DNA of 64,000 nucleotides from the NCBI GenBank assembly GCA_951406725.2, contig OX597816.1, positions 117,180,001 through 117,244,000 on the forward strand, in the 5' to 3' direction. Under the pieces are notes generated by a model. The model saw nothing but the letters and a program-made list of their open reading frames with translations. It was not told where the DNA came from and made no database searches. Below are positions 62,916-64,000 of the stretch, piece by piece. A program made the translations under genes and the position numbers. This stretch comes from Octopus vulgaris. Its lineage: Eukaryota. Numbering within the stretch: position 1 is the stretch's first letter; every line of letters starts with the position of its first letter.

Positions 62916-64000
62916 ATTTGGTAAAAAAAAAAGACTAGTTGGCACTTCTCACTTTAGATGTCTTTTTATTTTCCATTATCAAAATTTAATAAATAGAACA
63001 TACAAGGTGTAACTACTTTTAAATGAAGACTTGTTGAAGATTTAATAGATATTATTGTCTCATTGCATGGTGGCAGTACAAATAATAAAAAAAAAACATC
63101 AATATTGGTACGCAAGTGATGGTATACAGAGGAGACTAATGTGAGATTAAGCTGAGATAAACCATCTGAGTTGTCAGACTATACTTCATTTCGTGGCACA
63201 TAAACCACTCTGGTATCTTTCTTAATGATCACGAATCTATAATATAGCCAAGATTGCATCATAATGTCTAGGATTTCAAACTGCACAGGTCTGAAAAGCT
63301 ACTAACCCTATACAAGACAAACTTGTGCCTCACACAAAATGTATCTGGTATGGATGAGCTACTTACAGCACACAAACATTCAAGATCACATTTCAAAACA
63401 ATGCTATTATCAGATACACAACAATGACTTGTACACTACCACACTCCTCAAACTATGTACCAAGCCTATACATGTTTCTCTAATTCAACTCATTTTTCCT
63501 ACCTGTTGTCTCTACTATATCTCACCCTCAATCTTCTATTAGACATTTCACCCAAGCTTATTTTGTAATCCTCAAAATTCATTTTCAGACAACTTAAAGA
63601 TATCAATGTGTAGAAATTCAAACTGAACACCAACTAGACTAACAAAGCCACTGTGTGGTTGCTTGACCTAGTAGAAATAGCTATCAAATCTCTCTCGTTA
63701 TTATTGCTAATCTGTCTCTTGTGAGCAGAATGAAAAGTCACCATCACCTCCAAACTGTTTGCTTTTACTGGAACAAAGCTAGATGGAACTCCAAATTGGC
63801 TGGCATTTTATGATTCTAAAGATGTCAATACTATCCTTCAGAATGTTCTTAATTCAATCTCAGTCACATGCAAAGCATCAGTACTGTGTAAGCATGTTAG
63901 AAACTCTAAAAGTGTAATATGAGAGGCTGTTGCCATCCACCTTGCTATGAAAGGATGAGAGATGCTGAATATAAATTCAAGTTACACAGAACAGAGAATA

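Noticed and set aside
63185-63590. two minus-strand coding exon candidates (MNFEDYKISLGEMSNRRLR; PVQFEILDIMMQSW...)
   Set aside because: Incompatible phases, a weak donor and no recognisable protein family

Overview
AT-rich, microsatellite-dense animal genomic DNA. The repeat families (tRNA-headed SINEs, RTE LINEs with (GAT)n tails, Penelope, Helitron, mariner) look like those of an octopus or other coleoid cephalopod; this comes from family resemblance, not a database search. I find no intact host CDS, and nearly all listed ORFs are microsatellite, tandem-repeat or transposon artefacts. A CpG-retaining, repeat-poor island at about 37-41.4 kb carries ETS and CCAAT motifs near 40.07-40.11 kb, where the A/T skew flips. 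It looks like a bidirectional promoter for a minus-strand transcript (candidate short exons out to position 350) and a plus-strand transcript. The rest is intron-like and holds decayed RTE, CR1-like, CRE, R4/Dong and Penelope retroelements, Helitrons, mariner/hAT/Tc1 MITEs and SINEs. Main items to follow up: a possible micro-exon chain encoding a 53-aa peptide; 44-47 bp minimal retro-insertions that all stop just past the same 14-bp palindrome; repeated local fold-back duplications; a variable-number hairpin array in the RTE 3' UTR; an RTE-in-Helitron-in-RTE nest; and an old tandem duplication with a core motif kept at about 575 bp spacing. Many boundaries are approximate.
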